Positions 46,561-56,303 are shown, numbered from the stretch's first letter. The stretch is 64,000 bases of DNA from an uncultured Acidimicrobiaceae bacterium (GCA_947258375.1 CAMYIJ010000013.1:6171-70170); one strand, 5' to 3'. Notes: generated by a model not told the origin, from the sequence alone. A program made the numbers and translations.

Positions 46561-47852
46561 GTCGACTCCAGTGTGGCATTCAAGGCGCCGTCGAGATCCC
46601 GCAGAATGTCTTCGAGCGTTTCGATTCCGACCGATATGCGGATCGTGTCGGCACCGACTCCGGCCGCCAGGCGCTCAGATTCCGGCACCTGCTGGTGGGT
46701 AGTCGAAGCGGGGTGGATCACGAGCGTCTTGGCGTCGCCCACATTGGCCACATGCGAGATCAGTTCGAGGTTCTCGATGAACTCGACTCCCGCGTCGTAG
46801 CCACCCGCCAGCCCGAAGGTGAAGATGGCCCCCGGCCCTGCCGGCGTGTATTTCTCCGCCAACGGCGTCCACTCGTTGTCGGTGAAGATCGGAAACTTGA
46901 TCCACGACACGGCATCGTGTCCGGCGAGGAACCGGGCGACGGCCGCGGCGTTCGCGACGTGGCGCTCCATCCGCAATGGAAGTGTCTCGAGGCCCAGCAA
47001 CAGCAGGTAGGCGTTGAAGGGGCTCAGCGCCGCTCCCACATCGCGCAGCAGCTCCACACGAGCTCGCGTGAGGTAGGCGTACTCGCGGAAGTTCTCCCAG
47101 AACGTGAGATCGTGATAGGCCGGTGACGGCTCGACGAGCAGCGGAAACTTCCCGTTGTCGAATGGGAACGTGCCGGCCTCCACAATGACCCCGCCCAGGA
47201 CGGCGCCATGCCCACCGATGAACTTCGTCGCAGAGTGCACCACGATGTCGGCCCCGTGTTCGATCGGTCGGCACAGATACGGCGTGGCGAAAGTGTTGTC
47301 AACGATGAGCGGGATCCCGCTGGAATGGGCAATGGCCGAGTAGCGCTCGATGTCGAGAATGTCACAGCCCGGATTGCCGATCGTTTCGGCGTACAGCGCC
47401 TTGGTCTTGTCGGTGATCGCCGCGGCGACGGCATCGGGATCGGCAAAGTCGACAAAAGTCACGTCGATCCCCATGCGCCGCAGAGTCACATCGAGCTGCG
47501 TGTAGGTCCCGCCGTAGAGCGCCCTGGCGGCAACCAGGTGGTCGCCGCGCTCCGCGATCGTCAGGATCGAGATCAGCTGCGCCGATTGCCCCGACGCCAC
47601 TGCCAACGCGCCAAGGCCCCCTTCCAACGACGCCATCCGCTCCTCGAACGCGGCATTGGTCGGATTGCCGATACGGCTGTAGATATTGCCGTAGGTCTGC
47701 AGTGCAAAGAGGTCGGCAGCATGTTGGGCATCGTCAAACACGAAGGCCGTTGTCGCATAAATCGGCATGGCGCGCGACCCCGTTTCCGGATCAGGCGGCT
47801 GCCCGGCATGGACGGCTCTCGTCTCGAACCCATACTCGTGGTGGTCGCTCAT
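46557..47852 (-). CDS. metY: O-acetylhomoserine aminocarboxypropyltransferase / sulfhydrylase (PLP-dependent, MetY)
   Basis: N-terminal [13 protein letters not shown]-Lys region ...[13 protein letters not shown]..., about 430 aa, typical of MetY. Confidence 0.9.
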   Translation of the reverse strand: MSDHHEYGFETRAVHAGQPPDPETGSRAMPIYATTAFVFDDAQHAADLFALQTYGNIYSRIGNPTNAAFEERMASLEGGLGALAVASGQSAQLISILTIAERGDHLVAARALYGGTYTQLDVTLRRMGIDVTFVDFADPDAVAAAITDKTKALYAETIGNPGCDILDIERYSAIAHSSGIPLIVDNTFATPYLCRPIEHGADIVVHSATKFIGGHGAVLGGVIVEAGTFPFDNGKFPLLVEPSPAYHDLTFWENFREYAYLTRARVELLRDVGAALSPFNAYLLLLGLETLPLRMERHVANAAAVARFLAGHDAVSWIKFPIFTDNEWTPLAEKYTPAGPGAIFTFGLAGGYDAGVEFIENLELISHVANVGDAKTLVIHPASTTHQQVPESERLAAGVGADTIRISVGIETLEDILRDLDGALNATLEST

Positions 47853-47915
47853 GAAGGCATTCTGCTCTCAATCTCGTTCGTTCGCCGGAAAGCGGTCGCC
47901 GCACCGATTGAACGC

Positions 47916-48416
47916 TCAACCCAGAGGCAGCTCCAGGAGAGCCGTGTCCCAGTGGCGGCCGAGCTTGTGCCCTACCTCGGTGAGCGTGCCGACGGTGCGG
48001 TATCCGAGAGAATGGTGGAGTGCGATCGACGCGTCGTTGGGCAGCGCAATGATGGCAATTGCCCTGTGGAAACCGCGCTCGCGGAGCCGCTCGATGAGCG
48101 CTCCCAGCAGCCGGGCGCCGATGCCGCGGCTCAGGTGGGCGGTGTCGAGAACGACCGTCGTTTCTGCCGAAGAGCGGTAGGCAGGCTTCGGCCGGTAGAA
48201 GCTCGAGTAGGCAACCCCGACCACCTCGCCGTCCCATTCGGCTACCAGGGCGTCGAGCCCGTCCGGGCGAGCCTCCCACCAGGCCAGTCGTTTGGCCAGA
48301 TCCCACGGCTCCTCTTCGAACGACACATGGTTATCGACGATCGTCCAGTTGTAGATCGTGTTGATCCGCTCGAAATCATCGGGGATGGCGTCACGAATGT
48401 GCAGTGAGGCATCCAT
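47916..48416 (-). CDS. GNAT acetyltransferase (phosphinothricin / methionine-sulfoximine N-acetyltransferase-like)
   Basis: IRDAIPDDFERINTIYNWTIVDNHVSFEEEP and ...RGIGARLLGALIERLRERG... typical of the PAT/MddA subfamily. Start at M14 of the track ORF. Confidence 0.8.
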   Translation of the reverse strand: MDASLHIRDAIPDDFERINTIYNWTIVDNHVSFEEEPWDLAKRLAWWEARPDGLDALVAEWDGEVVGVAYSSFYRPKPAYRSSAETTVVLDTAHLSRGIGARLLGALIERLRERGFHRAIAIIALPNDASIALHHSLGYRTVGTLTEVGHKLGRHWDTALLELPLG

Positions 48417-48463
48417 GGCGCAGAGTCTGGCCGGATGGCGACTCGGCCTCAACAAGTCTCCGG

Positions 48464-48808
48464 CTACTCGAGTTCGTCCTCGAGGCTCTTGAGGAGGTCG
48501 TCCACCGCCCGCGACCCGACGGCCCCGCCATAGCGCGCGTCGAGAGCGGCTCGCATGACGCCGAAAACCTGTTCCTTCTGGGCGGCATCCTTCATCAGCG
48601 GATTGTCGATGATCTCAGCCCCGTCGAGCCATGGCTTCGAGTCGTTGACGGCCCACGGCACCAGCACGATCCACGACCAGACGATCCGTGTGTCGGAGAC
48701 CCGGGCCGGCCGCGCCATACCCACGCAGTCATACGGCAGCGCTTCCCAGCCCATCGTCCCGATGAGATCGGCAGCGCCAGACGGCTGTGGTCGATTGGGG
48801 TCCGACAT
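48464..48808 (-). CDS. Hypothetical protein
   Basis: Protein-like composition, no family recognised; start chosen at MSDPNRP. Confidence 0.4.
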   Translation of the reverse strand: MSDPNRPQPSGAADLIGTMGWEALPYDCVGMARPARVSDTRIVWSWIVLVPWAVNDSKPWLDGAEIIDNPLMKDAAQKEQVFGVMRAALDARYGGAVGSRAVDDLLKSLEDELE

Positions 48809-48835
48809 GGGCGCCACGCTACCGCGCCCCGGCGA

Positions 48836-50383
48836 TTACTTCGTCGCCGCGGTCGGTTTGGTGCACTCGACACCCTCAACGGGCCACAGATCCAGCTCCT
48901 GGAGTGCCTCCCGCGCCCGGTGGGCGGCCCAGGACTCGGCCAGGATTCCGTGTTCATCCCAATAGGCGTCCAACTGGGCGCGGCTCCACGTGAGCCGTCG
49001 CTCGATAGCGCACCATCTTGCGTTGGGATCCGACTCCCGGATCGCGATCAGCGCCATCAAGGAATCGACGCTGAGATCCGCCGTGTAGGCCTCGGCGAAT
49101 GTGTCGCCGCGAAGCTCACGGTCCCAATTCAGGTTGACGATGAGGGCGTCGGGATTGGCGACGTTGAGGCCGATGATGAAGACCAGGCCGCTGGCCACCA
49201 GGCCCAGCGCGAAGGAGGCGTGCCGGTTTCGCAGCACGGTGGCGATGAACCAGGCGAGCACGAAGGCAAGCCAAATCATGAAGATCGACGAGTAGAAGCG
49301 CAGCTCGGTGAATCCGAACGAAGTCACGTACAGCCGCATCCGGTTCATGGCGGAGACCATCACGACGCCGGTGAGAACGATGAGAACGATCGCCAACCGG
49401 TCGAATGCCGGCGAGCGACGCCGGTCCTCGGGAAGGGTGAGCCAGTCGAAGAGGAGGAGGAGATTGAGCACCAGGAATGCGACCGTGACCAGCTGGAAGA
49501 AGCCCTCGCGAGCGTTGTCCGAGTAGTCATGGATCCTCTCCAGCTCGGGGCTGTGCCCGACGATCTGGGTGAGCACAAAGAACAGAAACAGTGCGATCAG
49601 CAGCGCCAGGACGGTGATGCCCGTCGTGAAATCGACCTTGTCCGGCTTCACCGTTTCCTCGGGAGCGTCGCCGGGACGGCGCACCGACCGCCACAGACCG
49701 GCAATTGCCAGACCGAGAATCGCCCCGATGACGAGTCGCCAGAAAATGCTGCCGAAGAGGATGCTCTGGGCGAACCGATCCAGGTAGTCGCTGAATACCA
49801 CGTCCGCCGACGCGAACAGCCCGGCGAACACGATCAAGAGCGGTGTCCCCAGCAGCAGACCGACCCCGACTGACCGCAGACGCTTGCGGTGTTGATCGCC
49901 GAAGCTTTGCGGCAGATCGCCCGAAAGGAAGTCTCGGGAGCCCATCGCCATCTCCGCGCCGGTTACGAATGGTTGACTCCCGTAGTCGGTGATGGTCCAG
50001 TTCGTGAGGCCGCCGGTTCTGTGTAGTTGGGCCAGAACGGCGATCACGGCGATCGTGGCCCCGAGGTTCAAGCTGAGCAGCACCGGCGACGTGCGGATTC
50101 CGATGAACGCGGCGACCGCCAAGCCCGCCAGGAGAACTGGCACCGTACCGGCGGGCCGTGGCTCACCGAGAAGTGAGCTCACCGACGCCGCGATGGCCAG
50201 GGCGATCCCCATCCCGAGCATCAGCCCGAGACCGGGCGGCTGATGTAAGGCCAGAGTGTCGATGGCGAGGCCGATCACCAGGGCCAGGCCGAGGACAAAC
50301 CAGGGACGGGCAAATGTTGCGGTCGGGTCCGAGGTATCGGTTGCGGGCTCGGGAGAAGTGACGGTGCTGTCAAGGTGCTGCAT
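48836..50383 (-). CDS. Large polytopic membrane protein (DUF4153/DUF4173-like)
   Basis: About 12 TM helices from MQHLDSTV... (M159 of the track ORF); the upstream 158 aa of the track ORF are GC-frame noise. Confidence 0.65.
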   Translation of the reverse strand: MQHLDSTVTSPEPATDTSDPTATFARPWFVLGLALVIGLAIDTLALHQPPGLGLMLGMGIALAIAASVSSLLGEPRPAGTVPVLLAGLAVAAFIGIRTSPVLLSLNLGATIAVIAVLAQLHRTGGLTNWTITDYGSQPFVTGAEMAMGSRDFLSGDLPQSFGDQHRKRLRSVGVGLLLGTPLLIVFAGLFASADVVFSDYLDRFAQSILFGSIFWRLVIGAILGLAIAGLWRSVRRPGDAPEETVKPDKVDFTTGITVLALLIALFLFFVLTQIVGHSPELERIHDYSDNAREGFFQLVTVAFLVLNLLLLFDWLTLPEDRRRSPAFDRLAIVLIVLTGVVMVSAMNRMRLYVTSFGFTELRFYSSIFMIWLAFVLAWFIATVLRNRHASFALGLVASGLVFIIGLNVANPDALIVNLNWDRELRGDTFAEAYTADLSVDSLMALIAIRESDPNARWCAIERRLTWSRAQLDAYWDEHGILAESWAAHRAREALQELDLWPVEGVECTKPTAATK

Positions 50384-50572
50384 GTGGGAACCAACGACTC
50401 CCGACTGGTACGAGTTCCCATAGTGGTCGGATTCGCCACTTTGGGCAGCCGGCGCCGGACCGCCGGCGCGGCAATCCGCCGAGCCGGAGTGACTTCGGCC
50501 TCTGGCGGCCGGCACCGGGCGGCGATAGGTTCGAACTGGGCTGACACACACTGCCGGCGGGAGGGAGAAACC

Positions 50573-52438
50573 ATGAGGAACCCGTTCCAGCGTGATCTGG
50601 TCCTGCTCCACCCTCCCTCTGTCTACGACTTCCGGTCCCGAGAAATCTTCATGGGCCCCATCGCGGATGCAGTCCCGTCCACGAGCGCGTTTGAGATGTA
50701 TCCCGTGGGATTGACGAGCATCGCCTCGTTCCTGGAGAAGAACCACTACAACGTTCAAATCGTGAACCTGGCCTATCGGATGATGAAGGACCGGAAGTTC
50801 GACGTCGACCGGTACCTCGCTCGAATCGACGGCACCGTCTTCGGCATCGACCTCCATTGGCTACCGCATGCACAGGGCGGCCTCGCACTCGCAGAACTCC
50901 TCAAGAAGCACCACCCGGAGAGCTATGTCCTCTTCGGTGGCCTGTCCGCGAGCTACTACCACGAGGAGCTGATCCGATACCCGTTCGTGGACTTCGTTGT
51001 ACGCGGCGACTCGACCGAGGAGCCCGTGCGCCAGCTACTCCAAGCTCTGCGTCGGAAGACGCCACTCGAGGAAGTGGAGAACCTCACGTGGAAGCGGGCC
51101 GATGGAACTCCGGCCGTCAACGGGCTTACCTTCATCCCGCAGGACCTCGACTACGTTGACGTCCCCGACTACCGCTACGCCCTCCGATCCGTTTTCAAAT
51201 ACGGGAATCTCGACAACCTCATCCCCTACCTCGAATGGATGCGCTATCCGATAACCATGCTGCTCAACAGCCGGGGTTGCGCCGAGAATTGTGCAGTGTG
51301 CGGGGGATCCGTCAGTGCCTACCGCCAGATCTGCGATCGCACGCTGCCCGCCTATCGGTCTCCCGAGAAGCTGATCGAGGATGTCCGGACGATCGCCAGT
51401 TTCTCCCGCGCCCCCATATTCATGGTGCACGATCCCCGCATGGGAGGTATGGCGCGCTGCACCGCCTTCTTTGCCCAACTGGCTGAGCTGGACCTGGCCA
51501 ACGAACTGGTGCTCGAACTGTTCTTCCCCGCCGGCGACCACCTCTTTGAGATGGTGTCGGCAAGCGTCGATAAGTGGAGCGCCCAAATCACAATCGAGTC
51601 GCCTGTGGAGCGCCTGCGTCGGATCAACGCCAAGTTCCCCTTCTCCAATGCGGCACTCGAGGACACCATTCAGTCCGCCTTCGACAACAACTGCCAGAAG
51701 CTCGACATCTTCTTCATGGTGGGGCTGCCCCACCAATCGTACGATGACGCGCTCGTCGCAGTCTCGTACTACGACTACCTGCTTCATCGATTCGAGCGCA
51801 TGGGACCTATCCATGCGTACGTCGCACCGCTCAGCCCATTTCTCGATCCCGGCAGCCGGGCCTTCGAGAACGCCGAGTTCGGCTACCGGGTTCGGTACCA
51901 CTCACTCGAGGAACACCGCCAGGCCCTGCTGCAGCCGTCCTGGAAGGACATCCTGTCGTACGAGACCGATGCCATGAGTCGGGAGGACCTGACCCGGGCG
52001 ACCTACCACGTTGCTCGTGAGCTCAACCACCTCAAATACCGCCACGGCCTCATCGACGCCGCCACTTACAACAGCGTCGGATTTCGGCTGCGCACCGCCG
52101 AGTCGGTGCTCGCCGACCTCGATCACGCGGCCGCGCTGCCTCTCGAGAAGCGAGCCGAAGCACACCGCCGGATCAGGGAGAGGGTACGAATGACCAACGG
52201 CTCGACGCTTTGTGGTGAAGATGAGATGAAGTGGCCCTTGTCGCAACGTTTCCATCTGGGGGCCACCTTGGCGCGCGGCCTCGCGGCGGGACTCGGCAAC
52301 GAAGTAACCCACACTCTTGCGCGCCTGCGCGGGCAGTTCGACACCGCTCCCTACACAGGCGTGCGCGCTGAACCGCACAGTCTGCGGGCCACGGCACTGA
52401 GCCCGCCGACGATGGATCGGGAAACGGTCGCCGAGTGA
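50573..52438 (+). CDS. B12-binding-domain radical SAM protein
   Basis: GGGAGGGAG RBS; N-terminal cobalamin-binding-like domain; CAENCAVCGG (CX3CX2C radical SAM cluster motif). Track ORF start 50375 rejected. Confidence 0.85.
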   Translation: MRNPFQRDLVLLHPPSVYDFRSREIFMGPIADAVPSTSAFEMYPVGLTSIASFLEKNHYNVQIVNLAYRMMKDRKFDVDRYLARIDGTVFGIDLHWLPHAQGGLALAELLKKHHPESYVLFGGLSASYYHEELIRYPFVDFVVRGDSTEEPVRQLLQALRRKTPLEEVENLTWKRADGTPAVNGLTFIPQDLDYVDVPDYRYALRSVFKYGNLDNLIPYLEWMRYPITMLLNSRGCAENCAVCGGSVSAYRQICDRTLPAYRSPEKLIEDVRTIASFSRAPIFMVHDPRMGGMARCTAFFAQLAELDLANELVLELFFPAGDHLFEMVSASVDKWSAQITIESPVERLRRINAKFPFSNAALEDTIQSAFDNNCQKLDIFFMVGLPHQSYDDALVAVSYYDYLLHRFERMGPIHAYVAPLSPFLDPGSRAFENAEFGYRVRYHSLEEHRQALLQPSWKDILSYETDAMSREDLTRATYHVARELNHLKYRHGLIDAATYNSVGFRLRTAESVLADLDHAAALPLEKRAEAHRRIRERVRMTNGSTLCGEDEMKWPLSQRFHLGATLARGLAAGLGNEVTHTLARLRGQFDTAPYTGVRAEPHSLRATALSPPTMDRETVAE

Positions 52439-52965
52439 GCGGCCTGCTGATCCGCCCCGAACGCCCGGCCGACAACGCGGCGATCCGGGTGCTCGTTGCC
52501 GCGGCGTTCGAGTCGGAGACTGAGGCCGACCTCGTTGAGGCGATCCGGACGTCGGAGCACTACATCGCAGAGATGTCGCTCGTCGCAGAGCTGGAAGGCG
52601 AGCTGGTCGGGCACGTCATGATCAGCGGCGCCACGCTCAGATCACGCACCGAAGAACGCCCGATCGTCATGCTGGCGCCGCTCGCAGTCGCTCCGGCACA
52701 CCAGCGAGCGGGTGTCGGCTCGGCACTGGTGCGGGTCGTGACAGGGCTGGCGGACGAGCGCGGCGAGCCGCTTGTCGTCGTGGAGGGTGGCCCCGCGTAC
52801 TACCGCCGCTTTGGCTTCGAGCCGGCATACGAGCACGGCATCGAAATCACAGTGCCTGATTGGGCGCCCCGGGAAGCCGGCCAGGTGCTGCGGTTGAGCG
52901 CCTACGACGCTTCGCTTACCGGTTCTGTGGTGTACCCGCCGACGTTCGACGCCTTTGCCGAGTGA
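52435..52965 (+). CDS. GNAT family N-acetyltransferase
   Basis: GTG start overlapping the radical SAM TGA (GTGA). Acetyl-CoA motif ...QRAGVGSALVRVVTGLADERG... Confidence 0.8.
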   Translation: MSGLLIRPERPADNAAIRVLVAAAFESETEADLVEAIRTSEHYIAEMSLVAELEGELVGHVMISGATLRSRTEERPIVMLAPLAVAPAHQRAGVGSALVRVVTGLADERGEPLVVVEGGPAYYRRFGFEPAYEHGIEITVPDWAPREAGQVLRLSAYDASLTGSVVYPPTFDAFAE

Positions 52966-53001
52966 CGCGAACGATCCGGCGACGAGAAGCCGTCCATACG
53001 A

Positions 53002-53057
53002 TGCGTTCGTTGTGCTTAAACCGGCTCTATAGGTGGCGATTAAGCACAACGAACGCA
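53002..53057. repeat. Conserved palindromic element P3 (18-bp perfect arms, 20-nt spacer); same family as P2
   Basis: tgcgttcgttgtgcttaa-accggctctataggtggcga-ttaagcacaacgaacgca; flanks ATGCGTT... and ...AACGCAAAAGG are also conserved with the reverse complement of P2. 46 nt upstream of the OsmC-like gene start. Confidence 0.7.
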
Positions 53058-53103
53058 AAAGGCTGGCGCCGCGGCGCTACATTCCCCACCAAGGAGGTGG
53101 CTG

Positions 53104-53574
53104 ATGTCAGATGTGGCATATCGTTCAGTTGTGAAAATCGAAAGGGTGGCGGGGCCGATGCGCAAAGCGTGGCTTCCCGCCAGAGACGAGCACGTCACGT
53201 TCGGTGTGCACAGCGAGGTGGCCGAACACTACGGGGTCGACCAGGACGCATACCCGGCGGATGCCACCACTCTCGACTACGTCATCGCCGCCACAGGTGG
53301 CTGACTGACCGGCACCCTGGGAGGCGCGCTGGAGGCGCGCGGCATTGACGCAAGTAACGGAAACCTCACCTCGGAGACCGTGGGTGAGATAGAGAAGGAC
53401 GGCAAGGTCCTCGTCATAAAGCGGATCCATGTCACCTACACATTGAAGGGTGTCGAGGGCGACGAGGACCGCGAGAAGGCGGAGCGTGCTCACGGGTTCC
53501 ATGCCGACTACTGCCCGGTGGCACGCAGCATTCGCGACAGCATCGCGATCACAACCGAGCTCAGCTACGCCTGA
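53104..53574 (+). CDS. OsmC/YhfA-family peroxiredoxin-like protein with an in-frame TGA (candidate selenocysteine) at 53302-53304
   Basis: AAGGAGG RBS 7 nt upstream of ATG 53104. Track ORFs 53104..53304 and 53380..53574 lie in the same frame, separated only by TGA. The joined product reads ...DYVIAATGG-U-LTGTLGGALEARGID..., aligning with YhfA ...LMAAGGC-SAIDVV..., so the TGA sits on the peroxidatic Cys; the second Cys is ...HADYCPVARS. A GC hairpin (GCGCGC-UGGAG-GCGCGC) lies about 20 nt after the UGA. Confidence 0.55.
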
Positions 53575-53623
53575 GCGTACGACAGAAGGATCGCCTTCGA
53601 TTCGATCGATCGGAAAGGACGAT

Positions 53624-54376
53624 TTGGGCAACGTCACCTGGGACTTCACGGAGAAAGTGGTCGTGATAACCGGATCGGCGATAGGGATAGGCGCCGGTGC
53701 GGTCCGGGCCTTCTCCGATGCCGGCGCCCGGGTCTACGGCCTCGATGTCGACTCCACTCGCGGCACCCAGGTGGCAGCCGAAACCGGTTCCACATTCCTG
53801 GCATGCGATATCACCGATCGGTCTGCCGTCGTCACCGCCTTTGCGGAGATCGGCGAGGCCACCTCCCGTCTCGATGTGTTGATCAACAATGCCGGCGGCT
53901 TCTGGGAACAGCTCACAACCGAAACGACATCAGAGACCGAGTGGGACAAGGTCATCGATCTGAACCTGAAAGGTGTGTTCCTCTGCTCACAGCAGGCGAT
54001 ACCGCTGCTGCGCGAGTCGTCGAGCGGACGCATCATCACGCTCGGTTCGCTGGCCGGGCAGACCACGATGTACCGCTCCTCGCCGCCCTATGCGGCCGCC
54101 AAGGCCGGTGTTCAGGCACTGAGCCGGGTGCTCGCCTACGAGTTGGCCGCCGAGGGGATCACCAGCAACGTGATCGCGCCGAGTGCGGTTCTGACCGATC
54201 GCATCCTCGAGGTCCGAGGTCCGGAGGAACGGGCGCGAACCCAGGCGACGATCCCGCTGGGCCGCTACGGAGAGGTCGACGACATCGTGCGCTGGATGCT
54301 GTTCCTCGCCTCGGAGGAGTCTGCATACATGACCGGCCAGATCGTCACCGTCAACGGGGGCCGCTTCATGGCCTAG
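53624..54376 (+). CDS. SDR family oxidoreductase
   Basis: TTG start with AAAGGA RBS; VVVITGSAIGIGAG, NNAG, YAAAK motifs. Confidence 0.8.
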   Translation: MGNVTWDFTEKVVVITGSAIGIGAGAVRAFSDAGARVYGLDVDSTRGTQVAAETGSTFLACDITDRSAVVTAFAEIGEATSRLDVLINNAGGFWEQLTTETTSETEWDKVIDLNLKGVFLCSQQAIPLLRESSSGRIITLGSLAGQTTMYRSSPPYAAAKAGVQALSRVLAYELAAEGITSNVIAPSAVLTDRILEVRGPEERARTQATIPLGRYGEVDDIVRWMLFLASEESAYMTGQIVTVNGGRFMA

Positions 54377-55236
54377 TGGTCGGTCGGCAACTCCGCCTCG
54401 ATCGAAGTTATCAAAGCGGCGACATCGTCCTCCCCATGACCGCTCTGCGCGGCCTCTTCGAGAATCTCCCTGGCCAGCGTGGCCAGCCGGAAGCCGGGCA
54501 GTACCTCGGCCGCCAGCCGGAGATCCTTTCTCATCAGATCCACTGTGAACAGCGGCGTGAAGTCACGATCAGCGAGGGGCGCGGCCTTGTAGTCGAGCAA
54601 TCTGGGCACGGCACCGCGACGCAGAACCTCGAGACCCTGCGCCACATCGAGTCCGGCGGCTTCCATCTCGACGACGGCTTCGGCGATGGCGGCTAGGTGG
54701 GCGGTGAGCAGCCGGTTTGTCGAAAGCTTGAGCAGCAGGCCGGCACCGTTGGGACCCACATGGTCCACGGAGGCGGAGAAGCAATCGAGCACCGGCCGCA
54801 CCCGTTCGAGATCGGCGGCGACTCCCCCAACCATCACCGCCAGCGTCCCCGCCGCGGCGTGGGTTGATGTCCCGCTCACCGGGGCGTCGATGAAGCCGAT
54901 CCCACGCTCCCTTGCGGCATCCGCGAGAGCCCGCGACGTCGCGACTGAGATAGTCGAGAGATCGACACAGACCGTTCCTCGCGTGACGACGTCGAAGATG
55001 CCTCCGGGGCCGGCATAGGCCCGCTCGACGGCCGCCGTGTCCGGAAGCGAGGAGCAGACAATGTCACGATCAGCGAAGGCGGCGGGTTCATCCGCCACGG
55101 AGACGGCGGTCTCACGTGCTCGGCGGCGGGCCGCATCATCGATGTCGAAGCCGATGACGTCGTGCCCCGCCGCACGGATGTGCGTAATCATCGGGAGGCC
55201 CATACGCCCGAGACCGAGGAAGCCGACCCCCATCAG
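54373..55236 (-). CDS. NAD(P)-dependent oxidoreductase, 3-hydroxyisobutyrate-dehydrogenase family
   Basis: MGVGFLGLGRMGLPM (GxGxMG) NAD-binding N-terminus; overlaps the upstream gene stop (ATGA). N-terminal 59 aa of the track ORF rejected. Confidence 0.8.
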   Translation of the reverse strand: MMGVGFLGLGRMGLPMITHIRAAGHDVIGFDIDDAARRRARETAVSVADEPAAFADRDIVCSSLPDTAAVERAYAGPGGIFDVVTRGTVCVDLSTISVATSRALADAARERGIGFIDAPVSGTSTHAAAGTLAVMVGGVAADLERVRPVLDCFSASVDHVGPNGAGLLLKLSTNRLLTAHLAAIAEAVVEMEAAGLDVAQGLEVLRRGAVPRLLDYKAAPLADRDFTPLFTVDLMRKDLRLAAEVLPGFRLATLAREILEEAAQSGHGEDDVAALITSIEAELPTDH

Positions 55237-56303
55237 TGGTCCAGCTCGATCGTGCGGCCGGTGCGCGCCGCCTCGTCGATCGCCAGTGTGATCTGGAGTG
55301 TCGTGCGCGCCTCCTCCGCAGTGGTTATGTGGCAGGGGCCGCCGCTGGTGAGGTAATCCAGCCAGGCGCGGGTTTCGTCGGCGACGCGGCCGAACATCGT
55401 CCCCGCCGCCCACTCCCCGGAGGTACGGCTCCCCAGAAACGTGAGGTTCAGGTTCTGATCGACGTACTCGTTGGCGTGCCCGGCCGCGGAGTACATGATC
55501 TGGTCGCTGTGCTCTTCGCTCACGAGCAGGACGCCATCCGTGCCGAGCAGTTCGAAGCGCACCGCCATGCCGTTGATCGGAAAACCCGCCGGGAGCGAGT
55601 ACGAGGTCGCCAGCTCGAAGACCGCCCCATCTTCATATGTGAGAAGCGCCACGGCCAGATCATCGACGTCATGCCCCCGTGAGCGCAGTATCGAACCGTG
55701 CGATCGGGCCACGACTTCGACCGGGCGCATCGGGTGACACCAGCCGATCATGTCGACGAGATAGGTGAGGATGTCCATCGTCGGCGTCGCCGTCGGCGAC
55801 CGCTGCAAGATTGCCTCGCCGACGGCAAGGGTGTCGTAGCAGCGGGCCAGCCCCCCGATCACGTTGCCGATCTGCTTGCCGACGACCTGCTCCCTGGCGA
55901 CGGCATAGCGCTGGGCGTAGCGCATCGAATAGCCGACCCGCAGTTCGACATCGGCGGCGCCCGCCGCCTCGATCATGGCGTCGGCATCATCGAGGTGCAG
56001 CGCCACCGGCTTCTCGACGAGCGTGCGTTTGCCGGCACGAACGGCGGCCAGGACCGGCTCGGCGTGGGACCGCTCCGGCGTCGACACGATCACGGCGCCG
56101 ACCTCGGGGCGTTTCACCACCTCGCTCACCTCGTCAGACCACAGATCGGCGCCCACCTCGGCGGCAAGGCGCTCGGCAGCATCCCGGTCGACATCGGCAA
56201 TGGCAAGGAACTCGACCCCGGCATGCCGGGCGGCAAGCCGCGCCCGATGGCGGCCGATCTTGCCGGCCCCAACGACTGCGACGCCAACCCCTCCACCGGC
56301 CAT
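55233..56303 (-). CDS. Gfo/Idh/MocA family oxidoreductase
   Basis: AGGAG RBS; VGVAVVGAGKIGRHRA Rossmann motif; EKP motif ...LVEKPVAL... Confidence 0.85.
   Translation of the reverse strand: MAGGGVGVAVVGAGKIGRHRARLAARHAGVEFLAIADVDRDAAERLAAEVGADLWSDEVSEVVKRPEVGAVIVSTPERSHAEPVLAAVRAGKRTLVEKPVALHLDDADAMIEAAGAADVELRVGYSMRYAQRYAVAREQVVGKQIGNVIGGLARCYDTLAVGEAILQRSPTATPTMDILTYLVDMIGWCHPMRPVEVVARSHGSILRSRGHDVDDLAVALLTYEDGAVFELATSYSLPAGFPINGMAVRFELLGTDGVLLVSEEHSDQIMYSAAGHANEYVDQNLNLTFLGSRTSGEWAAGTMFGRVADETRAWLDYLTSGGPCHITTAEEARTTLQITLAIDEAARTGRTIELDH

Noticed and set aside
50390-50470. Possible cobalamin riboswitch upstream of the B12-binding radical SAM gene
   Set aside because: Only partial resemblance to the consensus from memory (a GGGAA segment and GCCACTTTGGG versus GCCACUG...GGGAAGGC). 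Functionally, B12 riboswitches rarely control B12-dependent enzymes. Kept as a low-confidence note inside another finding, not called as a feature.
53305-53379. Treating 53104-53304 and 53380-53574 as two separate small genes
   Set aside because: Both pieces and the 75-nt spacer are in one frame with a single intervening TGA. The second piece lacks its own RBS and start context. The joined sequence aligns end to end with OsmC/YhfA proteins, so a single gene (Sec read-through or Cys-to-stop pseudogene) is more parsimonious.
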